A DNA stretch of 64,000 nt from a virus. The DNA is taken from IMG/VR virus record IMGVR_UViG_3300045997_000112, positions 41,426 to 105,425 of that record; one strand, 5' to 3'. Under the pieces are notes generated by a model that worked only from the letters and a program-made list of their open reading frames with translations, was not told where the DNA came from and did no database searches. Below are positions 55,290 through 63,849 of the stretch, one piece after another. The position numbers were made by a program, and so were the translations under genes. Positions within the stretch are counted from its first letter, which is position 1; each line of letters begins with the position of its first letter.

Positions 55290-57758
55290 CTAAACCCGCT
55301 GGAAGCTCTGCCCCCGGCGCCCCATCGGGGTCCGCTCATGTTGGGCCATCTGGATGGGCGCTTCACGGGCTGCCCCCTCTGCTGTCACCTCCGCTGCGGC
55401 CTTCTTCTGGGCGTGGAAGGCGGCGATGCCACCGGTGTGCAACTCCCCTCCCCAGGCTGACTCCGGGGCGTAGGACTTGCCCTCCTCGCGCGCCATCGTC
55501 TCCCGGGGAAGGTTCTCCCGTGCCAATGAGTCAGGAGGACGCGGGGTGATGATCGGGAGCCCTCGCCGGGGGTTGGCCGCCTGCGGGTGGTGCAGCGGGA
55601 TGACCACATGCTGTTCGTGCGCCCCGGCCGCCTGGTTCCGGGCTGCGGCGTCCAAGGCGGCCTGGCGGGATATGAAGACGTGCGGCTCCTTGGTCTTCGG
55701 GTCGTGCAGCACCGTGTTCGTCATCGGGTGGTACACGCCGAACGCCACCTGGCCCCGGTTCTTCTTGGCTCGAGACGCCTCTCCCTTGTCGGGTCGGTAC
55801 TGGGTGGTGTTGGGGTTGCCGCTGAGGTGCAGGGTCTTCGGACCTTCGGGGGTGTGCACCGTGGCCTCGATCAGTGCGGAGTGCGGAGCGACCCCGCCCC
55901 GACTGCGCTCCTCCGGGCGCGCACCGGCCGCTTCCTTCATGACGAGGGCCGGGTTGACCACGCGGGTGGACTTCAGGGCCTCGTGGAGCTCGCCGATCGT
56001 GGTGGCTCCCAGGATCTCCGGGTGCGACTCGGTGATGTCGAACGGCTTCGAGACCCGCTTGCCGCCCTCCGAGTGCTGAACGCGCAGGGTGCCGCCGTGA
56101 ACGGTGATCGGGGTCTCGTGGGGGAACGGCTCCGTGGGCTTGCGCCCCGGGGTGGCCCGCTCCTTCATCGGCTCCTCGATCTCGGGGGAGGCGTTGCGCC
56201 GCGCGCTGTTCTGGATGCGCGCCAGCCAGCTGCGCCCAGTGGTCCGTTGGTGTTCCTGGCCGCCCTCTGCAGTGATCTTCCGGAGGGCATCATTGGCAGA
56301 GGCCACCGTGTCGGGGTCGTACTTGTCCGAGTGCTCGGGGTTGGTGATCCGCCGCAGGGATCCCATGATCTTCTGCCAGTGGTAGTTGAGGTAGGGCTCC
56401 TGATCCATCCGGTCAGGGTCCACCGACCAGCCGCCACCCTCGTTGAAGTTGTTCGGGTGGAAGTCCTGGTGCTGACTGACCAGCTCGGCCAGCTTCTCCG
56501 CCCCGGTCTTCATCTCGTTCCTGCCCACGACGTCTCCGGTGAGCTTCGCCAGCCCGCCCGCCTCGTAGGTGCCCTCACCCATCTGGACGCCATGCTGACG
56601 GAGGCGGTGCACCGGGAGCGCGGTCATGGCCTCGGGCAGGCCGCCGTAGTCGCGGGCCTTGTCGAACAGCTCGTTGACCGGGGCCTCGGCCTCCTGGCGC
56701 TTCACGTCGGCGGCGTACGCCTCGTCGTTGTACTCCAGCATCCCGCGCGCCCGGGCACGCGCCTGCGACTCCTCGTACCGGGCCGAGACCTGGGGCGCTT
56801 CCGTTCCCTCCCCGATGTCGTGGCTGTCCACGTCCGAGGAGTAGTCCTGGCCGTCCTCGCCCGTGATGGTGAGCTTGTGCTTCAGGCCCTTGATGAACGG
56901 CTGCCGCTGGTTCCGGTGGACGTGCTCCCGCTCGTAGGTATGCGCCTCTCCTGGCTGACCCACCAGGTGGGGGACGTGCACCTTCCACCCCAAGACCTTG
57001 TATCCGGAAGTCCCGGTCTCCTCATTGTTGTACGGCTCGCCGAGTCGGTAGGTGACCTCGGATCCGTCGTCGTAGGGCACCGTGTGCGTCGAGTTGGCCT
57101 TGCCCTCGCCCACGATGTCCGAGCCGACCAGCATGTGCGCGTTGGCCCGCTGACCCACCATGTCGTTCCACGCCTGGGACTCCACCAGGTGCCGGGCCGG
57201 TGTTGCCGGGGCTGCCGGACCCTCCTCCCGACCGAACTGCTGGCCATAGGGATCAATGGTGGGCTGCCCGGGCGTGGGCTCGGGGGCGTAGTCGATCGGG
57301 ACGGTCTTGCCGCCCCTGTACTGGATCCCACCGGCGGCGGGGGTGCCCTGGAGGTTCTGGAGGGCGTCACTCACCGCCCGATCCCGATCCGGCCCCGGTG
57401 GCATGTCCTGCGCGGCCATGTACCGCTGCAGCAGCCGGATGGGAGACATCAGCTCCTCGGTCGTCTTCCCGACCGCCTGGATCTTGTCGGCGCCAACATT
57501 GCGGGTGGCGTACGCCTGCTCGTCCACGATGGTGCCGGGGGGCAGGGGAGTCCCCGCGCTGTCCGTGAGCGTGTCCGAGAGCGTGTCGAAGGTGTAGTCG
57601 TAGCCATGCGTCGGGCTGACGATCTTGAACCGACCGTCCTGCAGGTCGACGATCTTCGACTTGTCCCCGAAGGTGGCGCCGTTCGGGTACGCGTTCACCA
57701 GAGCGTACCCGGGCAGGCCACTACGGGCGTGCTCGTTGTACGCCTGCAGAGCTTCCAC
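55290..57758 (-). CDS. large hypothetical protein (candidate internal virion protein)
   Basis: 822 aa GC3-biased ORF; TAATCT 6 nt before GTG (leaderless). Confidence 0.75.
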   Translation of the reverse strand: MEALQAYNEHARSGLPGYALVNAYPNGATFGDKSKIVDLQDGRFKIVSPTHGYDYTFDTLSDTLTDSAGTPLPPGTIVDEQAYATRNVGADKIQAVGKTTEELMSPIRLLQRYMAAQDMPPGPDRDRAVSDALQNLQGTPAAGGIQYRGGKTVPIDYAPEPTPGQPTIDPYGQQFGREEGPAAPATPARHLVESQAWNDMVGQRANAHMLVGSDIVGEGKANSTHTVPYDDGSEVTYRLGEPYNNEETGTSGYKVLGWKVHVPHLVGQPGEAHTYEREHVHRNQRQPFIKGLKHKLTITGEDGQDYSSDVDSHDIGEGTEAPQVSARYEESQARARARGMLEYNDEAYAADVKRQEAEAPVNELFDKARDYGGLPEAMTALPVHRLRQHGVQMGEGTYEAGGLAKLTGDVVGRNEMKTGAEKLAELVSQHQDFHPNNFNEGGGWSVDPDRMDQEPYLNYHWQKIMGSLRRITNPEHSDKYDPDTVASANDALRKITAEGGQEHQRTTGRSWLARIQNSARRNASPEIEEPMKERATPGRKPTEPFPHETPITVHGGTLRVQHSEGGKRVSKPFDITESHPEILGATTIGELHEALKSTRVVNPALVMKEAAGARPEERSRGGVAPHSALIEATVHTPEGPKTLHLSGNPNTTQYRPDKGEASRAKKNRGQVAFGVYHPMTNTVLHDPKTKEPHVFISRQAALDAAARNQAAGAHEQHVVIPLHHPQAANPRRGLPIITPRPPDSLARENLPRETMAREEGKSYAPESAWGGELHTGGIAAFHAQKKAAAEVTAEGAAREAPIQMAQHERTPMGRRGQSFQRV

Positions 57759-57795
57759 GGGCCCAGATTACTGACGACGCGGAGACGACACCGGG

Positions 57796-60003
57796 CTAAG
57801 CCCCGCGCCACCCCTTCGGCTTCTGGGAAGCGACCCGCTTGGCCGGGAGCTCCGTCACCGAACCCTCGGCCCGGATGCGCTCCTGGTTGGCAGCCACCCG
57901 CTCCTTGGCTCCGACCCCGCTCACAACCTTGGTGGCTCGGGTGACCCGCTTGGGCTCCGAGGTGGCCTGCTCCAGGCGCCCGGACAGCTCGGTGTGCAGG
58001 GCGAGCGCGTCCGTGAAGTGCTTGCTCCGCGACCCGTGCAGCGCCTGCGCGGTGCTCATGGCCGCCGATGCCGTCTCCACCTGCTCGGCCAGGGTGTCCA
58101 CTGCGTTGCGGCGCTGCACGTACCCGGCCTGGGCCCGGTTCTCCGCCGCCTCGGACATCTCACCGCGACGACGGGTGGTGAGCGCCCGGGACGTGTTGAT
58201 CGAGCCGAGGGCGTGCTTGGCCGCCACGCTGGCATTCTTGGCGTTGCGCTGGCTGAGCTCCACGGCCGCTGCCTGACCAGCTGCCCGGACATCGAGCTCG
58301 CGGGCCTTGTTGTAGACGTCCTCGTGCCCGGGCACGTCACCGGCGAGGAAGTCCTCCTCGTGGGACAGCGACCCGACCGCCTGCTCCCGGGAGACCCCGG
58401 AGCTGGCACCCGGCTTGACCTTCTTGCCCATCCGGCCCGCGCCCACGGTCTCCTCGACCGGGGAGAACCCCGGGACGAAGCCCTCGCCCTTGAGCGCCGC
58501 CCTGGGATCGCTGCCCTCGGCCACCGCCGTGGCCACGCGCGCGGACGCGGCACGGGTCTGCCCGCGCTGCACCCGCTTGGCCAGGTTCTCGTCCACCTGG
58601 CCCAGCTGGGCCTCCGACAGGTGCTCCTCGGCCTTGCTCGGATCCATGCTCCGGATCTCGTCCGGGGTGTAGACGGTCTTGCCGCCCTCCCGCTTGGCCA
58701 GGTCGGTGTCCTCGAACTCGCGGGTGTCGTCCAGGCTGACGGTGCGCCGCTTGCCGCCCGAGGAGGCCGCATCCGCGCCGCCGCGCAGGCCGGTGGCCGA
58801 CGTGGGGTACCCGGCGGGCATGCCCGACTTGCCGAACCGGCCGCTGCCCCGCAGCCCGCTCAGGTCGACCGGGGAGGCATGCGGGCTGGTCGGCCGGTCC
58901 TTGGCCGACTCGAGCAGTGCGGCAGCCGTGTCCCGGGACTCCATGGCGCCCCGGGTGCGGAGCAGCCGGTCCTTGACGGTCTGCTCCTTCTCGAAGGACT
59001 CCTTGCGCGCCGCCTGGGTGTTGGCGTAGTCCCAGGTGGTGGCGTGGCCCTCCTCGACCAGCGACCGGGTGACCGTGCCCAGGTGGGCCGGGGACAGGTA
59101 CTGCGGGCTGACCTTGAGCGCCCGGGCCATCTCGTGCGCGCGGCCGATGAACGCCCGACCCGCCTCCGGGGACTCGAAGATGTTGCCCGCCAGGCCCGCC
59201 AGGTGCTCGTTGGCCGGGTGCTCCGGGATGGGGTCACCCACCTGGTGGCTGAGGGTGCGGGTCTTGAGCTCCTCGTTGACCCGGTTGGCGATGGACGTGG
59301 CCATGCGCCCGGTGCCGCCCTTGGTGGGCTCCTCAATGTTGGCACGGGACGGGTTGTGCGCCAGGGCCTGCGCCCGGTCCGGGTTGGCCCGGGCCTCGAG
59401 CATGGCGTCGATGCTGGAGAACACCCGGCCGCCATGGGCCTCGCCCTCGGTGGGACGGATCTCCGCCCCCATGCCCGCCTTGCTGGCCAGGTCCAGCTTG
59501 CGCCAGTGCGGGGAGTCCATCGGACCACGGGCGCGCCGGGGCCCGGGGCCGGGCGAGAACGGCTCGGCGTTGAACCCGGCCATCTGGGTGGGCGACAGCT
59601 CTGAGATGGAGCCCGCCCGGTCGATGTTGGGCTCCGGGGGCTCCACCCCACGCAGATGCAGCGGAGTGGGACCCGTTGACCGAGCCCGCACCTGACCGAA
59701 CTCGTTCTCGGTCAGGTGGCTGGCCGACCGGGCGGGCTGGGCCGCCTGCGCCCCCGGGGACACCTTGAGCAGCGCGTTCTTGGCCCGGTCGTCCAACGCC
59801 ACCGCCGGGTGCAGGTGGGTGGGCGACGCGGTGGGTGGCACCTCGGGCTGGGACAGCGGCTGGTGGTGCAGCGGGCGCTCGGTGCCGGGCATGGCCAGCA
59901 CCGGGGAGGGACCCGAGGGGAGTGCGGGCGTGTTCTTGAACATCCGGGAGAACCGGTCCGTCTCACCCGCAGGGGCGTTGCCGCGCACGTTGGTGGTTGC
60001 CAT
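57796..60003 (-). CDS. large hypothetical protein (candidate internal virion protein)
   Basis: 735 aa Ala/Arg/Ser-rich; leaderless promoter. Confidence 0.75.
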   Translation of the reverse strand: MATTNVRGNAPAGETDRFSRMFKNTPALPSGPSPVLAMPGTERPLHHQPLSQPEVPPTASPTHLHPAVALDDRAKNALLKVSPGAQAAQPARSASHLTENEFGQVRARSTGPTPLHLRGVEPPEPNIDRAGSISELSPTQMAGFNAEPFSPGPGPRRARGPMDSPHWRKLDLASKAGMGAEIRPTEGEAHGGRVFSSIDAMLEARANPDRAQALAHNPSRANIEEPTKGGTGRMATSIANRVNEELKTRTLSHQVGDPIPEHPANEHLAGLAGNIFESPEAGRAFIGRAHEMARALKVSPQYLSPAHLGTVTRSLVEEGHATTWDYANTQAARKESFEKEQTVKDRLLRTRGAMESRDTAAALLESAKDRPTSPHASPVDLSGLRGSGRFGKSGMPAGYPTSATGLRGGADAASSGGKRRTVSLDDTREFEDTDLAKREGGKTVYTPDEIRSMDPSKAEEHLSEAQLGQVDENLAKRVQRGQTRAASARVATAVAEGSDPRAALKGEGFVPGFSPVEETVGAGRMGKKVKPGASSGVSREQAVGSLSHEEDFLAGDVPGHEDVYNKARELDVRAAGQAAAVELSQRNAKNASVAAKHALGSINTSRALTTRRRGEMSEAAENRAQAGYVQRRNAVDTLAEQVETASAAMSTAQALHGSRSKHFTDALALHTELSGRLEQATSEPKRVTRATKVVSGVGAKERVAANQERIRAEGSVTELPAKRVASQKPKGWRGA

Positions 60004-60010
60004 GGGTCCA

Positions 60011-60040
60011 AAGTTACTGGCCGCACCCCGTGCTTGTCAG
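60011..60040 (-). promoter_or_regulatory. sigmaA-like leaderless promoter CTGACA-N18-TAACTT-N7-ATG
   Basis: -35 at 60035-60040, -10 at 60011-60016, ATG at 60003, no SD. Confidence 0.6.
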
Positions 60041-60046
60041 GGCTGC

Positions 60047-60619
60047 TCAGACGAACATGCGGTCCCAGAACCTGCCCCAGGCATCCACCCGATCGCCCTT
60101 CTGGGAGTTGCACGACCGGCACATGGCCTGCAGGTTGTGCATCTCGTTGGACCCACCCTTGGAGAGGGGGATGATGTGGTCGATGCTCCAGTTGTCCTCG
60201 TGCAGCGGGGTGTCGCACCACGCGCACGCATACCCGTCCCGGCGCAGCACCACCGGGGCCACGGCATCCCGCATCCGGTTCCACTCGGACCGGGCCCGAT
60301 AGGCCAGCCGATGGCTGAGGCGCACCTCGGGAACGGGCACCACCACCGGCTGCCCCTTGAACGTGGGACGTGGCAGCTCCCGGGTCTTGGAGACGTGGTA
60401 TCGCAGCCGGTAGCGCCAGGTGGGCCGGAGCTTGCGGTAGCTGGGCGTGTCCCGACGGAACCGACGCCACTCCAGGCCCACTCGGTACATGCGGTGCCGC
60501 AGCTTGCGATGGGCCAGCGCCAGCACCAGCGCTATCCGTAAGACAGGGGGCAACAGCACCAGCCCCACCACGTAGGTGCCGAACACCGCACCCGCATACC
60601 AGTACCACGGCCAGCCCAT
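60047..60619 (-). CDS. HNH endonuclease with N-terminal transmembrane segment
   Basis: WYWYAGAVFGTYVVGLVLLPPVLRIALVLAL; VLRRDGYACAWC...IDHIIPLSKGGSN..HNLQAMCRSCNSQKG; GGAGG RBS. Confidence 0.85.
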   Translation of the reverse strand: MGWPWYWYAGAVFGTYVVGLVLLPPVLRIALVLALAHRKLRHRMYRVGLEWRRFRRDTPSYRKLRPTWRYRLRYHVSKTRELPRPTFKGQPVVVPVPEVRLSHRLAYRARSEWNRMRDAVAPVVLRRDGYACAWCDTPLHEDNWSIDHIIPLSKGGSNEMHNLQAMCRSCNSQKGDRVDAWGRFWDRMFV

Positions 60620-60670
60620 TGATCCTCCAGAGTGTAGGAGTCCAATGTACTCCAACTCCTGCGCTTTGGG

Positions 60671-60919
60671 CTAGTAGAGGAACGCGCGTCCGAGCTGTAC
60701 CTGCACTGGTTGACCCACCATGCGGAACACCACCACGCCATAACCCGAGGGAACGAATCGCCCTGGGTGCACCACATGCTCCTGATGCCCGTGGTTGCGC
60801 CCCGACAACCGCGCCATCACCACCGGACCGGGGGCCTTGAGGACATGGTCCACGCCCGCACGCAGCTCCCGAACCACGCGCCCCTCCCGGAGCACCTCCA
60901 TCTCGCCCCACTGGATCAT
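60671..60919 (-). CDS. hypothetical protein
   Basis: ATGA overlap with upstream gene. Confidence 0.55.
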   Translation of the reverse strand: MIQWGEMEVLREGRVVRELRAGVDHVLKAPGPVVMARLSGRNHGHQEHVVHPGRFVPSGYGVVVFRMVGQPVQVQLGRAFLY

Positions 60920-61095
60920 CGGAACTGCCTGGGGTTGAGGTTGCGGTTGCGCGCGATGAACCGTGCCCGGCGTTCCTCCGTGGTGTACCGAGGTGCCCGG
61001 CGACTCTCCCATTCCTCCTTGGGCGCCTTCTCGGTGAAGTCCATCTGCGACCCACTGCGTTCCCGAGCCACCCGATCCCAGTTCATCTTGGCCAT
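60916..61095 (-). CDS. small basic hypothetical protein
   Basis: MAKMNWDRVARER...; first gene of the leftward unit. Confidence 0.6.
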   Translation of the reverse strand: MAKMNWDRVARERSGSQMDFTEKAPKEEWESRRAPRYTTEERRARFIARNRNLNPRQFR

Positions 61096-61316
61096 GCACC
61101 CAACATCCCACATCCTCTGCGCCCCTGTACCGGAGAACCACCTCGCGGTTCCGGGAAGCTGGAACAGTCCACTGGAACGTGCCCGTGTCAGCTGGGGTGT
61201 TTCCGAGGTGTGGTGGGTGCTGTGCCAATGTTCATATCGCTGGTTGGCGGGTGGGCGTGGTCTGTGAGTGGCTATCCTAAAGGCAACTGGGAGCGTGCAG
61301 GGCGCGGGCGTGGCCG

Positions 61317-61380
61317 GTATCGCGGCATACAGCTATACGAAAACGCATGTATCGCGGCATACACGGATCACGAAACGCAT
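61317..61380. repeat. tandem 32-bp direct repeat in strand-switch region
   Basis: GTATCGCGGCATACA...ACGAAA(A)CGCAT twice (61317-61348, 61349-61380). Confidence 0.8.
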
Positions 61381-61454
61381 TGAGCGTGGGTTCGCATTGG
61401 CAACACTCCAGCCAATTCTAACCTAATGGTGGGGGGTCCATACTGAATATTTAT

Positions 61455-61710
61455 GGAAGGGGAGGGAGAGACTCCCACGCGGAGGGCATCCGTCATGCCG
61501 CGCGGGGGTTTCACCGTGAAACTCTCACACTCTCCCCTAACAATGGGACAGCGGCACACACGCAACTATCCCATGCACAACACTGGCGGGCACACAGGGT
61601 GCTCGCGCAGTAACGCGTCTCCACACCGCGTGGGGCGCGCTGTGCTGTAGTGACCCCACAACAATGGGGGAACCTATGGCACAGCACCTGTTTCACTCTG
61701 AAAGGGTGAT
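61455..61710 (+). ncRNA. putative structured RNA / long structured leader
   Basis: Several consecutive stems with G-U pairs on + strand (AGGGGAG/CTCCCCT, GCGGGCAC/GTGCTCGC, GCTGTGCTGTAG/CTATGGCACAGC). Confidence 0.4.
61509..61521. promoter_or_regulatory. palindromic operator-like site TTTCACNGTGAAA (copy 1 of 4)
   Basis: Other copies at 61691-61703 (variant), 62275-62287, 63057-63069. Confidence 0.65.
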
Positions 61711-61711
61711 C

Positions 61712-62215
61712 ATGAACGACACCGTCCTCAAGGACTACGCCGTGGCGCGTGCTGCCCACACGGACAGCAAGAGCACGCTCCACACGCGGGAGGTCGCTGC
61801 CTTCCGCTACCTGCCCCAGTTCGCCACGGGCAACACCTTCACCACGGTGGAGCGCAAGCTCAAGGCGATTGACGAGTCGCTGCCCCGTCTGTTGGCTGCG
61901 AATCCGTCTGCCCTGACCCGGAACCTGCTTGTCGGTCTCGTGTCCACTGTGACCGATGCCGATGACCTGAGCCGGATCAAGTCGCTCACCAATCGCTACG
62001 CGAGCATGGGTCTGGGCATCCCCGCGCAGAAGGCGCTGCTCAACGGCTTCGCCGGTGATCTCGATGCGTGGGAGGACACGCTCAAGTCCCACGTCTCCGC
62101 TGACGATGAGTTGGATGCGCTCAAGGACAAGCTGGCCTCCCTTGCCAAGCAGGCCAAGAAGATCCGTGCGCGGATCGCCGAGCTGGAGGCTGGTGCCACC
62201 GAGACGGTGTTCTAG
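61712..62215 (+). CDS. hypothetical early protein with C-terminal coiled coil
   Basis: GAAAGGG RBS; GC3 bias; followed by terminator. Confidence 0.8.
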   Translation: MNDTVLKDYAVARAAHTDSKSTLHTREVAAFRYLPQFATGNTFTTVERKLKAIDESLPRLLAANPSALTRNLLVGLVSTVTDADDLSRIKSLTNRYASMGLGIPAQKALLNGFAGDLDAWEDTLKSHVSADDELDALKDKLASLAKQAKKIRARIAELEAGATETVF

Positions 62216-62221
62216 TCGATT

Positions 62222-62254
62222 GGGTCTCTCCCCTACGGGGGAGGGGCCCTTTCG
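62222..62254 (+). terminator. intrinsic terminator
   Basis: GGGTCTCTCCCC-TACG-GGGGAGGGGCCC then TTTCG. Confidence 0.7.
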
Positions 62255-62274
62255 CATGTCCTGTCTCAGTCGCG

Positions 62275-62287
62275 TTTCACGGTGAAA
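62275..62287. promoter_or_regulatory. palindromic operator-like site (copy 3)
   Basis: GTTTCACGGTGAAAC. Confidence 0.6.
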
Positions 62288-62352
62288 CCTGAGTCGTGTG
62301 CGCGATGGCCAACCCAAAAGTCAGCCCAACAGCCCGCCCTAGGAGGCATCCC

Positions 62353-62523
62353 GTGTGTACCCGTAAGCCGTGGTCCTGTACCTGTGCCGATTGCGCCGAC
62401 AAGATGGCCCATCGGTGGGACGGTCGGTGGCCCAATCCCTCTCGCGTCATCCTGCGTCACATGGAGCACATCGAGCCGACCCTGCTCGAGTTGCGCGATT
62501 CTGAGTCGATCGCAGTCGGCTGA
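62353..62523 (+). CDS. small Cys-rich hypothetical protein
   Basis: AGGAGG RBS, GTG start, CTCADC. Confidence 0.65.
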   Translation: MCTRKPWSCTCADCADKMAHRWDGRWPNPSRVILRHMEHIEPTLLELRDSESIAVG

Positions 62524-62532
62524 GTCGATCCC

Positions 62533-62787
62533 ATGGATCCCCTCGAAGTCGAACAGCTCCGCAACCATCGGAGACGTGACTTCAGGCGCGAGTACCTCAT
62601 AGCCGTCCTTGCTGATCAGAAGTACGGCACCAATGAGGCCGAAGCCGCTCTGGCTCGGTGGAAGTACGCCATGCACCTTGCTGGTCAGTCGGCACGGAGC
62701 ATTGAGCGCCAAGTCGCATCGCCAACCCAAAAGCCGCCCGTGTCCCTCACGGTGCTGCTCACCCTCAACACTCCCGATAGGAGATAA
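62533..62787 (+). CDS. hypothetical protein
   Basis: ORF filling gap between RBS-led genes. Confidence 0.55.
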   Translation: MDPLEVEQLRNHRRRDFRREYLIAVLADQKYGTNEAEAALARWKYAMHLAGQSARSIERQVASPTQKPPVSLTVLLTLNTPDRR

Positions 62788-62789
62788 CC

Positions 62790-63053
62790 ATGCTGGACAC
62801 AGCGCCCCAGTCAACCTTGGGCAAGTGGTACCAGGAGAACGTCGTCATGCCCCCGGTCACCGTGGCCGAGGCCATCACGCGCATCGAGCGCCGCATCCGT
62901 CACCATGCCTGGCTCAAGGAGCAGGCTCAGGAGCGCGGCGATCAGCCCGAGGTCGACTGGCAGTCGGACCGCATCTGGTCCTGCGAGTACGCCATCGGCC
63001 GTCTGCGCCACCAGTTCCCCCATCCCGAGACCAGCTACCTCAGCGATCTCTGA
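62790..63053 (+). CDS. hypothetical protein
   Basis: AGGAGA RBS; GC3 bias. Confidence 0.75.
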   Translation: MLDTAPQSTLGKWYQENVVMPPVTVAEAITRIERRIRHHAWLKEQAQERGDQPEVDWQSDRIWSCEYAIGRLRHQFPHPETSYLSDL

Positions 63054-63056
63054 CGA

Positions 63057-63069
63057 TTTCACCGTGAAA
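63057..63069. promoter_or_regulatory. palindromic operator-like site (copy 4), overlapping RBS
   Basis: TTTCACCGTGAAA-GGAGATGCC-ATG. Confidence 0.6.
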
Positions 63070-63078
63070 GGAGATGCC

Positions 63079-63309
63079 ATGAGGACGATGCTGCACAACC
63101 TCACCCATCGGCATGACCTGCTGAGCTCGCCCGATCGGGGCTGCTTCCAGTTCTGCACCAGCAAGCTGACGGGGAACACGTACATCTCGTACGCCCCGTA
63201 TGACGGGAGCAACTACCACCCGGTTCCGAAGCACCTGCTCCCCGAGATCATGAAGCTGAATCCCCTGACCCCAGAGGCCGTCATGGCCGTGATCCGGAGG
63301 ACACCATGA
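63079..63309 (+). CDS. hypothetical protein
   Basis: AAGGAG RBS; MRTMLHNLTHRHDLL. Confidence 0.7.
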   Translation: MRTMLHNLTHRHDLLSSPDRGCFQFCTSKLTGNTYISYAPYDGSNYHPVPKHLLPEIMKLNPLTPEAVMAVIRRTP

Positions 63310-63449
63310 ACGAGAAGCTCACCTGGGTCAGCATCATGCTCGCCACGGTCATCGTGATGCTGTGCCTGGGCCTCTACTTCATCACTCAGAACCAGACGGT
63401 CGAGGAGTGCATGCGGAAGGGCTACACCTGGGAGTACTGCACCCGCTGA
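63306..63449 (+). CDS. small membrane protein (47 aa)
   Basis: Below track cutoff; GGAGGA RBS; MNEKLTWVSIMLATVIVMLCLGLYFI..ECMRKGYTWEYCTR. Confidence 0.75.
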   Translation: MNEKLTWVSIMLATVIVMLCLGLYFITQNQTVEECMRKGYTWEYCTR

Positions 63450-63513
63450 TCCGGTCACCTGCCTTGGTGGAGGGCACGTCCCTCCACCTTGGGAGCCGAC
63501 CGGCTCGCCAACC
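63450..63513 (+). repeat. 64-nt structured intergenic repeat, copy A
   Basis: TCCGGTCACCTGCCTT + hairpin GGTGGAGGG-CACGT-CCCTCCACC + TTGGGAGCCGACCGGCTCGCCAACC. Confidence 0.8.
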
Positions 63514-63552
63514 GACTCCGATTGGGGTCACAACACAGAAAGGCCATCACCA

Positions 63553-63732
63553 ATGGCAAGTTCAAGCAGCAAGGGCGGCAACAGCCGTCCGTCCAGCGGC
63601 AAGGGTTCCGCGTCCTTCGGTCGTGGGGCCAGCCCGGCCCGCCTGAGCCAGCGCTCCGGCACCACCATGGGGGGCTGGACCAAGGTCAGCAAGGGTAGCG
63701 GCGGCTTCACCATGAAGAAGTCCGGCAAGTAG
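63553..63732 (+). CDS. small basic Gly/Ser/Lys-rich protein (59 aa)
   Basis: GAAAGG RBS; MASSSSKGGNSRPSSGKG...GGWTKVSKGSGGFTMKKSGK. Confidence 0.7.
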   Translation: MASSSSKGGNSRPSSGKGSASFGRGASPARLSQRSGTTMGGWTKVSKGSGGFTMKKSGK

Positions 63733-63796
63733 TCCGGCCGCCCGCCTTCGCACAGGGCATGTCCCTGTGCGTTGGGGGCCGACCGGCTCGCCAACC
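63733..63796 (+). repeat. 64-nt structured intergenic repeat, copy B
   Basis: TCCGGCCGCCCGCCTT + hairpin CGCACAGGG-CATGT-CCCTGTGCG + TTGGGGGCCGACCGGCTCGCCAACC. Confidence 0.8.
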
Positions 63797-63849
63797 CAAA
63801 AGTCGCCGCTGCCAATGGGGTAGCGGCATTGTCACAACGAAGGAGCACC

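Noticed and set aside
57750-57800. Single gene broken by a frameshift (57796-60003 plus 55290-57758)
   Set aside because: An in-frame TAA lies just upstream of the GTG and a -10 element is positioned for leaderless initiation
61317-63802. CRISPR array
   Set aside because: Repeats are few, irregularly spaced and separated by genes; no cas genes
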